Positions 19,426 to 30,900 of a stretch of 64,000 nucleotides of DNA are shown piece after piece (position 1 is the first letter of the stretch; every line of letters starts with the position of its first letter). The notes under the pieces were generated by a model that saw only the letters and a program-made list of their open reading frames with translations, was not told where the DNA came from and did no database searches. Location: IMG/VR virus record IMGVR_UViG_3300028800_000002, positions 32,001 to 96,000 of that record. One strand, written 5' to 3'. Source of the stretch: a virus. A program made the position numbers and the translations under genes.

Positions 19426-20055
19426 ATGAGATTCATCGAGAAGATAGAGGTTCGAAGCAACCTGAGGCTAACGATGCGTGAGCGAGGCAAGATTCGCGCG
19501 CGTAGGGAAGGCCACAACATCTGGTTGAACTTGGGCAGAGAGTATTTAGCGAACCTGATTTCATTGTCTTCCTATGGTCCGGATGTTCCTCAAGAGGATC
19601 ACCGAATCAAGTATATGGGTCTCGGTATCGGAGGTTCGCGCCAGGTCGCTCCTGGAGTCGCAGATGTTGCCCCGATGTCTGTCGCCTACCCGGGAACGAA
19701 CCTGCAGACGGATACGGACCCTGAGACGCATACTCTCGAACGGCCCGTGCGCATTTCTGGAAGTACTACCGGTCCAACTGATCCGTATTCAGTTACGGAT
19801 GTTTGGCTAGGGACAGTACAAGCCCCTCCTGTGCACACTACACCAACTGAAACGACATTCATTCGGGTATTCACCCAAACGGAGGTGAGCTACCTGTCTT
19901 TCATTACGGTGCCACTGAGTGAGATCATGCTGTTCACTTCTGCAGCTAATCCCATAGGAAATCCCTCTAATACCGGCGTCGCCTACGACACGTTTGATAC
20001 TCTTTCCAAGACTGGTGATTTCGCACTTGAGTGCGAATGGACGATAAGGTTCTAA
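19426..20055 (+). CDS. Baseplate/tail-fibre attachment protein
   Basis: HNIWLNLGREYLA, YMGLGIG, LSEIMLF, LSKT..LECEWTIRF resemble tail-collar/baseplate N-terminal families. Confidence 0.7.
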   Translation: MRFIEKIEVRSNLRLTMRERGKIRARREGHNIWLNLGREYLANLISLSSYGPDVPQEDHRIKYMGLGIGGSRQVAPGVADVAPMSVAYPGTNLQTDTDPETHTLERPVRISGSTTGPTDPYSVTDVWLGTVQAPPVHTTPTETTFIRVFTQTEVSYLSFITVPLSEIMLFTSAANPIGNPSNTGVAYDTFDTLSKTGDFALECEWTIRF

Positions 20056-20059
20056 GCGC

Positions 20060-22186
20060 ATGTTCCATCGACTAAACGTTCCCTCGTACTACGGCGGTCT
20101 ACCCGCGGGCTTCGACTACATCAACACCCCATCCTTGAGCGGAGGAAGTGGCGCCCCAGCCTACATGGACAACAAGAAGGCGGGAGGTCCAAACGATGGC
20201 ACGTACATGGTGGCTTTCGGGGAGGATGCCACGAGTAATTTTGCCAACCGCGGGATCAAGGCCGTCTCTGAAAACACCGACATACTTGATGACTTGCTGC
20301 GCAGGGATCTGGCGATTAGCGCTCGAACTGCGAATGTGACGGCAGGCAGTCCTGTAAGCAGTGTCACCATCACTGGGCAGGTCTTCGTAGCCACCTTTGG
20401 CACCCCCAATAACCAAGACCAGCGGGATCAGCTCATCAGCGTGCTGGATAGTAATGACGAGGAGATTCTAGATTCGTCTGGAGCGAAAGTAGTAGCCATC
20501 TCTATCGTTGACAACAACGTTAGCTCCACAAACCTAGTTGGAACTCAGGCATCTGGGTTTTTCGGGACTCCTACTATCAACTTCAACACGTCAATTCCTG
20601 CCGGTGTGACTTACCGCATTTATTACGGGGAGCGCAGCAATCTAGCCTCCCTTCCGCAGAATGCATTCACGACGATCAAGATTCGAGGGGCTCAGGAGGT
20701 TTCCGCCGACATTGAGCGCACGCTTCGTTCACTGCACTCCAGTTACGAGACTACATGGGATGCACCTTGGGATGCCTCTATTCGTTCTCTCACGCAGACC
20801 GGGTTGGATGGGCGTTACCGTCTTTCCACCGTGGATACGTCCGACCCGTACTCAGCGAATAGCGCAGGTGCCGGTGGGTACATCAAACGGGATGGACCTG
20901 CCCCGTATATCTCGCAACCTGCCTATGATCTTAGCCAATTTGGGCAGATAGGTGGTGGTGCCTACTACCCTGACCCGATCATGGCCTCATGGCGGCTGAC
21001 ATCGCAGAGAACCAACGTTGCCTCTAACTACAACAACTCTTTCGGGGGTGATGTAGGTCTTTTTCAAGAGTCTCCATTTCACAGCACTTCGGATGTGAAC
21101 GAACATGCAGGTGATCGCGTGGCTGGCCCACTAGTGTATGACGTTACCCCGAGAACGTTTACTGCATCCACTCTCGGAGGCAACCAAGTAATTACGCGAA
21201 TCACACCCAACTTCTTAGCCACAGTGAACCCGGATGCCACCAATACGGTGGATGGCAGGCGCACAGTTCAAGTATCGGTTAGTGACTACCTAAGGGACGG
21301 CTCAGGCAACATCGCAATTCGCTCTACTGACTTGATCGAGGTGAGTGAGCCAGGCACTGGGGTAATCATCGGTGTTTTCCGTGTTGATACTGTCTTGAGC
21401 GCCTCTAGGATGACGTTGCGCACGCTGCCCGGAGCCTATCCGCACATAGGTGCCGCTAATACTGCATCGAATGTGCTGCTGCGGTGGCTTCAACCAACGA
21501 TGCAACTAGGTGGCAGGTACCGAGACGCTACTGATGGGAGTCAAGGATTTCCGTACTTCACCGTGGCGGCACCTTCCCCAGCAGTAAATGCATGGAGTTC
21601 TAACAGGGGCACGCTCAATGCCGTGTTCTTGTCCGCCATTATGGATCGGACTCTCATAAGTGGTGGAGGTGGCTCACTCTACAACTCAATGGCTTGGGGC
21701 GGCTTCGGATCATCCGGGTATTGGTTTGTAAGTGGGCAACTAGATGGTGATGGCAGCATTTCTACAACTGGTGGCAAGCAGCGTTTCAACATCATAGGGC
21801 GGCGCACATACAACTATGCCCTTGGCGAGGGTGGAAGATCTGTTGTTTGGGATCCCTACGTAAACGGCAGCCAGGTGCACATCTACACGAGCTCAGCTCT
21901 TACAACGGTCTCTCCAGTGGTGTTTTCTGTTAGCACCACTAGCGGGTACATCCCGACAGCTGGAGATGAGTTCGACTTGTTCTTCACGGTTTTGGCCACC
22001 ACAGCCCCTGGCACACTCAGCATCACGTGGCCATCGGACTTCGTGTTCAGCGGTAATGATGATGAGGTCCCAGACGGTTACCCAATCTTTGGCCCTAGCC
22101 CGGCGACTATAACGATTCATTACAAGTTCCGGTACTTGGCGACGCCAAGTGCCACTGGTTGGTACGCCACTCGTACCGACTTCTAA
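20060..22186 (+). CDS. Probable tail fibre/structural protein
   Basis: G/S/T/N-rich beta composition; position directly after the baseplate genes. Confidence 0.6.
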   Translation: MFHRLNVPSYYGGLPAGFDYINTPSLSGGSGAPAYMDNKKAGGPNDGTYMVAFGEDATSNFANRGIKAVSENTDILDDLLRRDLAISARTANVTAGSPVSSVTITGQVFVATFGTPNNQDQRDQLISVLDSNDEEILDSSGAKVVAISIVDNNVSSTNLVGTQASGFFGTPTINFNTSIPAGVTYRIYYGERSNLASLPQNAFTTIKIRGAQEVSADIERTLRSLHSSYETTWDAPWDASIRSLTQTGLDGRYRLSTVDTSDPYSANSAGAGGYIKRDGPAPYISQPAYDLSQFGQIGGGAYYPDPIMASWRLTSQRTNVASNYNNSFGGDVGLFQESPFHSTSDVNEHAGDRVAGPLVYDVTPRTFTASTLGGNQVITRITPNFLATVNPDATNTVDGRRTVQVSVSDYLRDGSGNIAIRSTDLIEVSEPGTGVIIGVFRVDTVLSASRMTLRTLPGAYPHIGAANTASNVLLRWLQPTMQLGGRYRDATDGSQGFPYFTVAAPSPAVNAWSSNRGTLNAVFLSAIMDRTLISGGGGSLYNSMAWGGFGSSGYWFVSGQLDGDGSISTTGGKQRFNIIGRRTYNYALGEGGRSVVWDPYVNGSQVHIYTSSALTTVSPVVFSVSTTSGYIPTAGDEFDLFFTVLATTAPGTLSITWPSDFVFSGNDDEVPDGYPIFGPSPATITIHYKFRYLATPSATGWYATRTDF

Positions 22187-22200
22187 CAGAAAGTGTTGCC

Positions 22201-22539
22201 ATGGCCATTTACAATTTCATTCAGCAGGTTTTCGATTCGAACCCGAAGATGGCCTCGTCCATATTGACGTTTTTAGGGTTGATGTTCACCACATGGCTAG
22301 CCAGGTACAAGATTGCCCCTTCCAATTGGATATTGATTGCAGCCAGGGTCTTCCTGGGGGCAGTCTTCGATCAGATTCATCCAGCAGCGTTCAAGAAGTT
22401 GGCTTTGGCTTCGCGTAAAGCACAGCTTTCCAGGAAGCTGAAAGTCGCCACTGCTAAGTTAGAGAAGTCAGAGTCTCCTGTAGAAGTTCCTGCAGGATCT
22501 GACACCACAGTGATTACGGAGAAGGATGTATTGTCATGA
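22201..22539 (+). CDS. Membrane protein, holin candidate
   Basis: One or two hydrophobic helices followed by a basic C-terminal stretch. Confidence 0.5.
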   Translation: MAIYNFIQQVFDSNPKMASSILTFLGLMFTTWLARYKIAPSNWILIAARVFLGAVFDQIHPAAFKKLALASRKAQLSRKLKVATAKLEKSESPVEVPAGSDTTVITEKDVLS

Positions 22540-23033
22540 ATAAGTTGAGACTACTATTTTTGATGCTCATGTCTGCCCTACTGGGCACAGGTTGCGCGGG
22601 CGTTACAAAGCAGCTCACCGCGATTACGGTGCTCGAGCACTCAGCACTAGGCTACGTGCAGGATTTGACCACCATAGCCACTGAGGCGGTAGCTCTTCTG
22701 CCCGTGGATCAACAGGCGGCTCGGCGCGCACAGATTACTGCAGCATCTGCAGCCATTACCACGGCCATGTCGGCGAAGGATGTAGCCATGCAAGATGCGG
22801 CTGCAGCCAACAGCTTGGCTGGTATCGACTTTGGGAAACTGACCCAAGATGTGATCACTGCCGTACAGGCATTTGTTGCCTTGGTAGATTTGATTGGCAA
22901 CGATGTGGCCTCTACTAAGGCAGTGGCCGGCGCACCTACTGATGTCGTGCAGAAGTTGCACAAGAGTACTCAGGAGGTGAGTGCCGCGCTCATTGTGCAG
23001 CAGATGCGAGTAAAGGCGGCCTTGGCCCAATGA
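22536..23033 (+). CDS. Alpha-helical lipoprotein (spanin-like candidate)
   Basis: Signal peptide II MNKLRLLFLMLMSALLGTG-C; Ala-rich helices. Confidence 0.6.
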   Translation: MNKLRLLFLMLMSALLGTGCAGVTKQLTAITVLEHSALGYVQDLTTIATEAVALLPVDQQAARRAQITAASAAITTAMSAKDVAMQDAAAANSLAGIDFGKLTQDVITAVQAFVALVDLIGNDVASTKAVAGAPTDVVQKLHKSTQEVSAALIVQQMRVKAALAQ

Positions 23034-23365
23034 AGTGGCTGGCCGTCGTATTGATGGCTGGGTTGATGGGGTCATGCATAGTGACCCCAGCTCCTAACCC
23101 TATTCCTCCACCCGATCTTGGCACCGGAGGCTCGCCTCCAGTATGGGATGCAGGTGGTTCCCCTTGCGATGTGATGTGCGCCAACTTGGCGGCAATTTCA
23201 TGCCCCGAGGGAGTTGATATCAATTGCGTCCCGTTGTGCATCACCATTACGACTGATACACGATTCTCGCCAACGGCGGGGGACGCCGCGCACTTCTTGG
23301 AATGTAGAACCAATGCGAAAACACAGGCGCAGGCCCAGCAATGTGGTCCCGCTAGCTGCAGGTGA
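23030..23365 (+). CDS. Small Cys-rich lipoprotein
   Basis: MKWLAVVLMAGLMGS-C lipobox, Pro/GTGG/DAGG linker, Cys-rich C-terminal domain. Confidence 0.7.
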   Translation: MKWLAVVLMAGLMGSCIVTPAPNPIPPPDLGTGGSPPVWDAGGSPCDVMCANLAAISCPEGVDINCVPLCITITTDTRFSPTAGDAAHFLECRTNAKTQAQAQQCGPASCR

Positions 23366-23369
23366 TGAA

Positions 23370-24110
23370 ATGAAGTTTGGAGCAATTCCGACACCGGCGC
23401 ACATCTTGGCTAAGGTTCCTTACATCCACAGCTACATGGATGAGGAACTTGCCCCCTTGATTCCAAATCAGACCATTTATTCAGCGGCTGTGAAGGGACA
23501 ATGGGGAGACCTAGGGAACATTCATTACAGCGATTGTATTTTCGCTGGCTTCGGTCATTACAAGCAATGCACTAGCGTGAATGCCAGCGGGGTGCAGGCT
23601 GTTGTAACGACCGATCAAGTCCTTGGCTGGTACAGCGACGTCAAGGGTTTTGTCAAAGGTGATCCAGCCACAGATAACGGGGCATACCCGATTGAGGCCT
23701 TGAACTACTTCGTCGATAGGAAAGAGATCGTTGCCTATGCACGCGTGAATCTATTAGATCCAGCATGCGTGGCTCGAGCCGTAAATCTCTTCGGTGGTAT
23801 CTACACGGTAGTGACAATGCCAACCGCCTGGAAGACATCAGTCGTTTGGGGAGCAGGGCCTAATAGAAGCGGAGTCTGGGCTCCTGGCTCTTGGGGAAAT
23901 CATTGTCTTTACGTCCCAGACTACAACTCCTCCATGACGCTGAACTCGGTGTCTTGGGGCACAATTTATCCCATCACCGAGGACGGCTATGAGGCGTATA
24001 TGCCCGAGGCCTACGTACTGCTCAGTGACTACTGGGTAAACACCATCGGGAAGACTATTCAAGGGTTCGATTTGAGTAGCCTCACAGATGCAATCAAGCT
24101 AGTCGCGTAA
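23370..24110 (+). CDS. Papain-like (C1/C39-type) cysteine peptidase
   Basis: YSDCIFAG (Cys), GNHCLYVPDY (His), NSVSWG. Start at MKFGAIP. Confidence 0.7.
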   Translation: MKFGAIPTPAHILAKVPYIHSYMDEELAPLIPNQTIYSAAVKGQWGDLGNIHYSDCIFAGFGHYKQCTSVNASGVQAVVTTDQVLGWYSDVKGFVKGDPATDNGAYPIEALNYFVDRKEIVAYARVNLLDPACVARAVNLFGGIYTVVTMPTAWKTSVVWGAGPNRSGVWAPGSWGNHCLYVPDYNSSMTLNSVSWGTIYPITEDGYEAYMPEAYVLLSDYWVNTIGKTIQGFDLSSLTDAIKLVA

Positions 24111-24132
24111 CAAGGAAGCAAAGGCGTACGAG

Positions 24133-25080
24133 ATGGATCACGGTTCAAACACACCAGCAAACGGCATCCATGGCGTGATAGCCCTCCCGTACGCCAATGC
24201 GGCTGCTCGTTTAGCAGTCGCTAGCTTTCCCACCACGTATTTGTACCGGGTCGCCATCGACGAAGACACAGAGCTGCAATGGCTTCTCGCAAGTGTTTCT
24301 CCTGCGCGATGGATCCCACTTGGTTCAATTGCCACTGGTCTAAGGGCCACCGCAATTGCCATTTCAACAGAGAACATCAGCAGCCTTTCTGGATTAGACA
24401 AGATTGCTGATGGCGTAACCCTAGACACAGATGGGTATAGAGTGCTGCTCGACGGGCAAGATACTGCCACGCAGAATGGTCTCTGGGAGGTGCATGAGCT
24501 TGCTTGGGTTCGATCTTCCGACTACTCCGCGAACACCCACGTATCGGGGTCTATTGTTCCGATCTTGTCAGGTGTGACGTACAAAGGAACCTTGTGGATG
24601 TGCGACGCACCCGCAGGCTCTGATGTAGTTGGTACAGACAATCTGCACTTTGTTTGCGTAGGTGGGGCTCCAACGAACATCAAGGTTTCGTTCGACATAG
24701 ATTTGACGGTGGCAGGCAATGTGGTCATAGACACTCGCCCGGCAGTACCTACAGGACCTGGCAGATGGAAGTTGGTCTCCATTGATCTGCGTATAAAGGA
24801 GGCGTTATCAGGTGGTACTGCCCCTGTGGCACATCTAACCATTGGCTCGGAGTCAGCGGGGAATCAAGTAGTTACTGATCAAACCATCAATGAATCAGTT
24901 GCCGTGGGGAGCATCATAGGTGGTTTCGCCCTTTCCTCTTTAGGCTCAGATATGTCGCAATCTACTGGGTTTGAGGCCATGTACCCCGCGGAGCAGCAGC
25001 TTTTTGCTGGTGTATCTAACACAGGGGTGCCAACAGCTGGTGTAGTGACTGCCGTCATGATCTGGAATGCAATGCCGTGA
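24133..25080 (+). CDS. Tail fibre-associated protein
   Basis: RVLLDGQDTATQNGLW...WVRSSD matches the RVLVxxQxxxxENGIY-type fibre module. Confidence 0.65.
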   Translation: MDHGSNTPANGIHGVIALPYANAAARLAVASFPTTYLYRVAIDEDTELQWLLASVSPARWIPLGSIATGLRATAIAISTENISSLSGLDKIADGVTLDTDGYRVLLDGQDTATQNGLWEVHELAWVRSSDYSANTHVSGSIVPILSGVTYKGTLWMCDAPAGSDVVGTDNLHFVCVGGAPTNIKVSFDIDLTVAGNVVIDTRPAVPTGPGRWKLVSIDLRIKEALSGGTAPVAHLTIGSESAGNQVVTDQTINESVAVGSIIGGFALSSLGSDMSQSTGFEAMYPAEQQLFAGVSNTGVPTAGVVTAVMIWNAMP

Positions 25081-25092
25081 AGGAGCTAGGGG

Positions 25093-26115
25093 ATGCCACG
25101 TAAGTTTTTGTACACCCTTCACGCGCTGGTTTCCAATTACTCATCAAATTTGGTGACGCACTTGCTGCGTGACGGCGCAGGAGCCTGGTCAGTGATTGAG
25201 AATATCACTGCTGGTCCTACCTCAAATAACCTGTCATCTATTGCCTGTAATATTCAGGGTTCTCGTGTGCTGTTTGCTAACTACCCTTCTGGGACTGTAG
25301 TTCCATTAGGATTTTCCGGTAGTACTTGGGTTCCAGGTGCCCCCGTTTCAGCCCTTGGTGGAGGAAACATCTCCGCAGTAGCTATGTCCGATGACGGTAA
25401 GCACTCATTAGCGTCCGGGGATTTCACCGCTGATGTTTCTCCATTCGAGTTCGATGACAGCTCTGGTCTTTGGGTTGCTCAAGCTCCTGTTGTACTTCCG
25501 TCTTCGCACCTGAACACTGTAGGCATGTCCCGCGATGGGTCACGAGCTATGGCAGTCCCAAAGTATGACGATGCTGCATATCCACTTTTCCGTAACCCAG
25601 GCACAGGTACTTGGACTGCGGGAAGCGGTATGCCCATAAACGTCTCCTCTGAGAGGTTCTTCTCGGCAGGGTTCTCTCACGATGGCGATACTGTCGTTGT
25701 GGCGAGTAACTATGCGAGTTCTGACTCAGACGGCTTCGTCTGGAATGGCAGTGGCTGGGATCATGTAGCCGTGCCGTTCTCGTTGAACAGCACCTCTTGG
25801 CGCCCCGATGGGCTGTCTGTGCTTGGCGGCAATGGCGCGGGTGCGCCCGGTTCAATTACAGCGATCAACTATGATCCTGTGTCCCATGTATTTTCCTCTG
25901 GTCAGGTTATTAGCGTCCCCGGATCAGGCATTGCGCTCAAGACTGCTTTAGCCAACGATGGAATTGGCGATGCCGGTTTGGTTGCAGACTTCACGAGAAG
26001 TCAGGTTTTTCCTCTTGATTACTCGCGCAGTACAGGCCTTTGGTCGTTAGGGGATCCCATCACCAGCTTGCTTTTCTCCAACCCATGGAACATCCTGGTC
26101 TTCCCAGTCTGGTGA
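25093..26115 (+). CDS. Beta-propeller protein (WD40/YVTN-like), putative receptor-binding
   Basis: Repeated units ending in MSDDGKH, MSRDGSR, FSHDGDT, WRPDGLS, each with a W-strand motif. Confidence 0.7.
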   Translation: MPRKFLYTLHALVSNYSSNLVTHLLRDGAGAWSVIENITAGPTSNNLSSIACNIQGSRVLFANYPSGTVVPLGFSGSTWVPGAPVSALGGGNISAVAMSDDGKHSLASGDFTADVSPFEFDDSSGLWVAQAPVVLPSSHLNTVGMSRDGSRAMAVPKYDDAAYPLFRNPGTGTWTAGSGMPINVSSERFFSAGFSHDGDTVVVASNYASSDSDGFVWNGSGWDHVAVPFSLNSTSWRPDGLSVLGGNGAGAPGSITAINYDPVSHVFSSGQVISVPGSGIALKTALANDGIGDAGLVADFTRSQVFPLDYSRSTGLWSLGDPITSLLFSNPWNILVFPVW

Positions 26116-26118
26116 GCA

Positions 26119-27303
26119 ATGACCGACTTGGTTGAAGTTTGGAATGAGACTACTGGCCCGCGGATGGTTGATACATCCGAGTTCGGTGGTGGCGGCACAG
26201 GTAGTGGTCCTCCGGGACCAACCGGTCCGCGTGGAGCGACTGGAGCGACTGGGCCTGCTGGAGCCACCGGAGCTACTGGCCCAGCTGGTGCTCGAGGTGC
26301 CACCGGTGCAACTGGGTCTACAGGTGAGCAGGGTATCGCGGGCGCCACTGGAGCTACGGGCCCTGCGGGTGCAACTGGTGCCACAGGCCCTGCTGGAGCC
26401 ACTGGGGCAACCGGTGCGACAGGTGCGACAGGATCTGCGGGTGCGACGGGTGCCACTGGAGCAACTGGTGCGACCGGTGCGACCGGTAATACAGGTCCTG
26501 CCGGAGGCGGTGGTACTTACCCAGGGACGTACACGTACGCGACGCTTCCTAGCGCGGTAACGGCAGGAATTGGTGCGCAGCAGATCGTGTCTGATGTGCC
26601 TGATTGTGTTTTCATTTCGAACGGAACGTCTTGGCAGCCATTCTGCAGCGGAGTCCCTGTAACTCCACCATCAATACCAGTCTCAGCGTTGACTGCATAC
26701 AACTCAAATGCAGCCACTGTGCTCACGCAGGAGGGCCCGTTCTGGAGATATACTTCGTCCGAGTCGCTAAACAACACACTCCGTGCTTGGATGGTTGGCC
26801 CTATCGCAAAGGATGCAAATGGCCAGTACAGCATTGAACTCGGCATAGATTCGGCAGACACCCTTATGCTGCTACCCTTTGGTACACTTGGGATTTTTGC
26901 CACGGACTCAACTCAAGGTTGTACTTGGTTTTGGTACACTCAGCCTTCCGGTGAGCAGGGCATGTCGTCCCACTATTTTTCTCCAGTACCTTTTTATGCG
27001 TCGTCTTCCGGGACCACTCCGGCGGGCCTTTCTAGAACGCTAAGATTCATACGACTTGGCTGCATTATTGGTCCAACTTATCTCATTGATCTATCAGTGG
27101 ATGGCGTGCATTGGGTTCGTGTTTTCAGCGGGGGTGGTTGGAACATCAACTTTGGTGCTCCTGTGATAGTTACTGACTTTGGCGTTGGTATTGATAATTC
27201 TGTGAACTACTCGAATGGCGTAGCCTCTGGGACCAGCAGGACATATGCTCGTATTTGCCACTTAGTGCAGACGGCAGGACCCCCACCTGCTCCTATCCTA
27301 TGA
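26119..27303 (+). CDS. Collagen-like fibre protein with C-terminal lectin-like domain
   Basis: 33 consecutive G-X-Y triplets followed by an aromatic beta-rich domain. Confidence 0.8.
   Translation: MTDLVEVWNETTGPRMVDTSEFGGGGTGSGPPGPTGPRGATGATGPAGATGATGPAGARGATGATGSTGEQGIAGATGATGPAGATGATGPAGATGATGATGATGSAGATGATGATGATGATGNTGPAGGGGTYPGTYTYATLPSAVTAGIGAQQIVSDVPDCVFISNGTSWQPFCSGVPVTPPSIPVSALTAYNSNAATVLTQEGPFWRYTSSESLNNTLRAWMVGPIAKDANGQYSIELGIDSADTLMLLPFGTLGIFATDSTQGCTWFWYTQPSGEQGMSSHYFSPVPFYASSSGTTPAGLSRTLRFIRLGCIIGPTYLIDLSVDGVHWVRVFSGGGWNINFGAPVIVTDFGVGIDNSVNYSNGVASGTSRTYARICHLVQTAGPPPAPIL
26206..26502 (+). repeat. Collagen G-X-Y coding repeat
   Basis: GAT/GPA triplets encoded by degenerate 9-nt units (GGNGCNACN). 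Confidence 0.9.
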
Positions 27304-27364
27304 CGGCTTTCCGCCAGTTTTGCTGGTATACTAGCGGCTGTATTGGGCTGCAAAGAGCTACTCC

Positions 27365-27904
27365 ATGATAGTCATTCAAAAGTACGCCACAGTGGCCGAG
27401 GCCAGGTTCAAGATCAGCGGGGGTATCGTTGGCGGTGTCAAGACCAATGAGCCATTTGGAGGCCTGGTGGGCACCACCATCACGTTTCTCAATCCCGCTG
27501 GGCATTGTACTTTTTCCCCAGCAACTGTTGCCGGATTTGGCCAGCTTCTTTTCTCAGACGTAAAGTCTCAGATTGAAGCATCTGCAGGGCTATCGAATGT
27601 AGATGTGGTGACTATCAACAACGTGTTGGGATTCAGGCATAGAGTCAGCGGGCAGTCTATCAAGTTGGACGCTGCGGATGAATCGGCCCGCACAATTCTT
27701 GGCTTCGAAAACAACAGTTACATCGGTGGGGTTTCCCTAAATGGACCATCCGGCGCACTGCCGAAGTACCTTGAAATGGTGACCGAGAACGGCGCCGTGT
27801 ACGTGTCAGCGGAGATTGCTGCCGATGACACAGAGTCAGCGATGTCTTTCGGTGGAAGTTACGCGGTTTCTATGGGCGGCGAACAAGCAAGGGCAAATGG
27901 TTGA
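27365..27904 (+). CDS. Hypothetical structural protein
   Basis: Tail context; TGGTATACT at 27324-27332 upstream. Confidence 0.55.
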   Translation: MIVIQKYATVAEARFKISGGIVGGVKTNEPFGGLVGTTITFLNPAGHCTFSPATVAGFGQLLFSDVKSQIEASAGLSNVDVVTINNVLGFRHRVSGQSIKLDAADESARTILGFENNSYIGGVSLNGPSGALPKYLEMVTENGAVYVSAEIAADDTESAMSFGGSYAVSMGGEQARANG

Positions 27905-27907
27905 ACG

Positions 27908-30900
27908 ATGTCTGAAAAACTTTTAGCTGATTGGTCTGAAGCCGACGGCATCCCTCGGTCCATTGCATTGACGGTGGCTAGCTACGCAGCGCTGATGGCT
28001 GCCACTGCGTTCCCTGGGAAAGCAGCGTTTGACGTCAGTGATCAGGCGAAGCTGGTAGAACTTGCAGATTGCCGACAGGTATGGAGGATGACAGCGTTCT
28101 CCCCACCTGCGTGGGATCTGGATGACGCAGGGCCCGACGATCATACGGCAGACTTCCAGGTGATTGGGGTGCTGGCAAGCTTGACCGGCTTAGCCTCCAA
28201 TGCGTTTGATGTAGGAAATGGGACGTTAGCTGCCGGAAAACGAGTTTTGTCGGTGGTCCCTGGTGGTTACCAAGGACTCTTCATTCTGTCGGCGAATGGC
28301 TCAAATTGGGATTTGACTAGAGCTCCTGATCTGTCTGCCGATGGGCAGGTGATCAATGGTGCTGCGGTGACAGTCCGCTTCGGTCAATTCTCAGGTAACT
28401 TATACGTTCAACTAGGGACGTCGCTGTCCACCTTGTCTTACGCAGCCCCTAGCAACTTGTCAACGTCAGCTGCCCCCACGCTCACAGGCCCATCATCGAC
28501 ACTATTTGACTTTAGCCAGTCCCAGACGGTCGAGATCATACCTCTGGCTGGGAATAATCCGGTGGCAGGTACTTGGGAAACTCTCACTGGTTTGACAGCC
28601 TCCAATGGACAACCTGATGCTGATGGGATTCCCAGGGCTACGGCTTTTACGGAGACAGGCACTGGCGTGAGGGTGGCTAACCATACACCCGGCAACGTCC
28701 CACAAGCAGGTTGGGTTCGCGCTAAGTTCTCATATCTCCCTGGGCCTGCGTTTGACCCGAAGCACCTGATCTTCATGATCTCCGGGTACCATTGGCTGCT
28801 GTTGCCCACGCTACAGAGTCTGAAGTATCCGGGCAGTGACGCGAACTACACCGTCTATGGGTTGAACGGGACGGTGTTGTACTACTACGGGTTCAAGTTT
28901 ACACCCCGTGGTAAGTGGATTGACTGTGAGTATGAAACGAACATAGCGGCTGCCCACGTGGACGTTGCTCAATTTTGTTCTTTTACCACGCGTGGAGTGT
29001 CGGCTGCCGCTAGGGCAGGCGTGATTATTTCTGCAAGCAATGTGCAGCTGCAACAGGATCGCGTTGTGTCCGTGACGCCTGTACGAGGAAGCACCGATTC
29101 TCTTTTAGCCCAGAGCACCGACACTGCTCGTCCTGTACTTGCACCTGATATTTGGTTTGGGCATCCGGCGTTGGTTGAGGGCTATGGGAACAATTGCGCT
29201 CTTACCAAAGATATAGCTGCTTGCACACTAGCAACAGTTGGCGTGGTCATTTGGGTGGGATGCATACATCCGTCGACTACCTCTAGGCAGATTTATTCTC
29301 TCAACGGCACCGTCAGTAGACTTGCGCCGGAGGTAGATCCGACGGGTTTCTGGAGAATATCGCGTACCGATGATGCTGGTGTGACGACCTCTCACCTTAC
29401 AACGCATCCTGTTGCTCCTGTTCCGGTGCATGTTGAAATTGAGCAGGGGCCTACTTCAGCGACTCTATACATCGATGGGTTACCAGCGTCTGGCGGTGTG
29501 CTGGCCACATCCACCGTAGCCACGTTTACGAGTCACACGTTATTCGGAGGAGATTCACAATCTGTTGTTGAAACGCTTTCTGAGGCGTTTGGCATGGCAT
29601 TGACTGCCGCCCAAGTTGCCTCGCAATGCGCTGAAATGCGTGCTATGGCCTATCTTCCTGCGAAATGGCCTGCACTGCTCAACTCTGGTCAGAGCAATGC
29701 TGTTACTGTGAAGGGAACTACAAAAGCCTTGGTGGGTAATGGGATCTTCGCGCACCCAGGGTACGCCTTGTATGCTGGAGACAACGGTGGCTACGCCACA
29801 ACGACTGGGTGGGATACTGATCCCATCACGGGCCCAACTGGTGGTGTAGGCATACGCCTTGGGTGGCAGGCAGAAGCACAGAAGAATAACCAGCCGGCAA
29901 TTGCTATCAATATTGCGCATGGTGGCGCCGCCATTACAGCCTGGGAGCCAGGCGGGGCGGATTATGACTACATAGCCACTACACTTGCCACAGCGTTAGC
30001 ATCCTTTGGAACTCATCTGATTAGCGTCGAGGACATATTTTGGACACAGGGTGAGTACGAATCCAATGACCCCGGTACGGTTGCAGGGTATTACGCTGGA
30101 AAGCTTACGGCACTGATAGCCTACTTGCGTAGTTTGCCAGGGGTCAACCCCAATGCTTCGTTTGGGATTCATCGCGTCAATGAGTGGCTTGGCCCCGGAA
30201 CATTGGTCCCCGTTGTTTCTTACATGAGCTCGGCCCTTGTTAGAGCGGATGAGGATTTAGTAGCCGCCACGGTACCTAATTGCTACAAGACTGACCTCAG
30301 TGGTGGTGCTCAGACCAATTGGTGCGTGCACTACTCCCCTGCACAATGCATTGAGATCGGTCGCATTGCTTGGCGGACGCGTCATCGGCAGCCAGCCAGA
30401 ATACAAATTATCGAGGCGGACAGGCCGCAGCGCGGTACCTGGGGAGCAACAGGCGGCTGCTTTGATTTTGAGCACAACGTTGTACTGTCTGGCACGAATG
30501 TTGTGTCGGTGGCCAGTACTGAGGGTACCGCCATTCTTACATCGGCTGGGTCCCCCGTGTTGACCACGGACCCATTGGGAGGCAAGAAGCGGGTCACTGT
30601 TGCTGCAGGTCGCTACCTGCAGAGTTTGGATTCTGTACGGTGGGGTGTCTATTCAGGTGCATCGTCATTCCTTATGGGCATGCTGTGGTGGATTGGCTCC
30701 GGTGGCGAGGAGAATTATGCAGTGCTGTCTTCTCTTGATATTAGTAATTCAGCGTTTCTCATCAAGAGCAACACCATCTATCGTCAAGCGTACAGGAACG
30801 GTGGAGGGTCGGCGCTGGTATTTGATGCCCCAGCAGTAGCAGCGCCAGGAACACAGCAATGGGCCGTATACGGCGGTGATGGGACCAATCTATTCGCCAT

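Noticed and set aside
26206-26502. Tandem DNA repeat or CRISPR-like array
   Set aside because: Degenerate 9-nt units vary at third codon positions, so this is a collagen coding repeat; antisense ORF 26019-26456 is its shadow.
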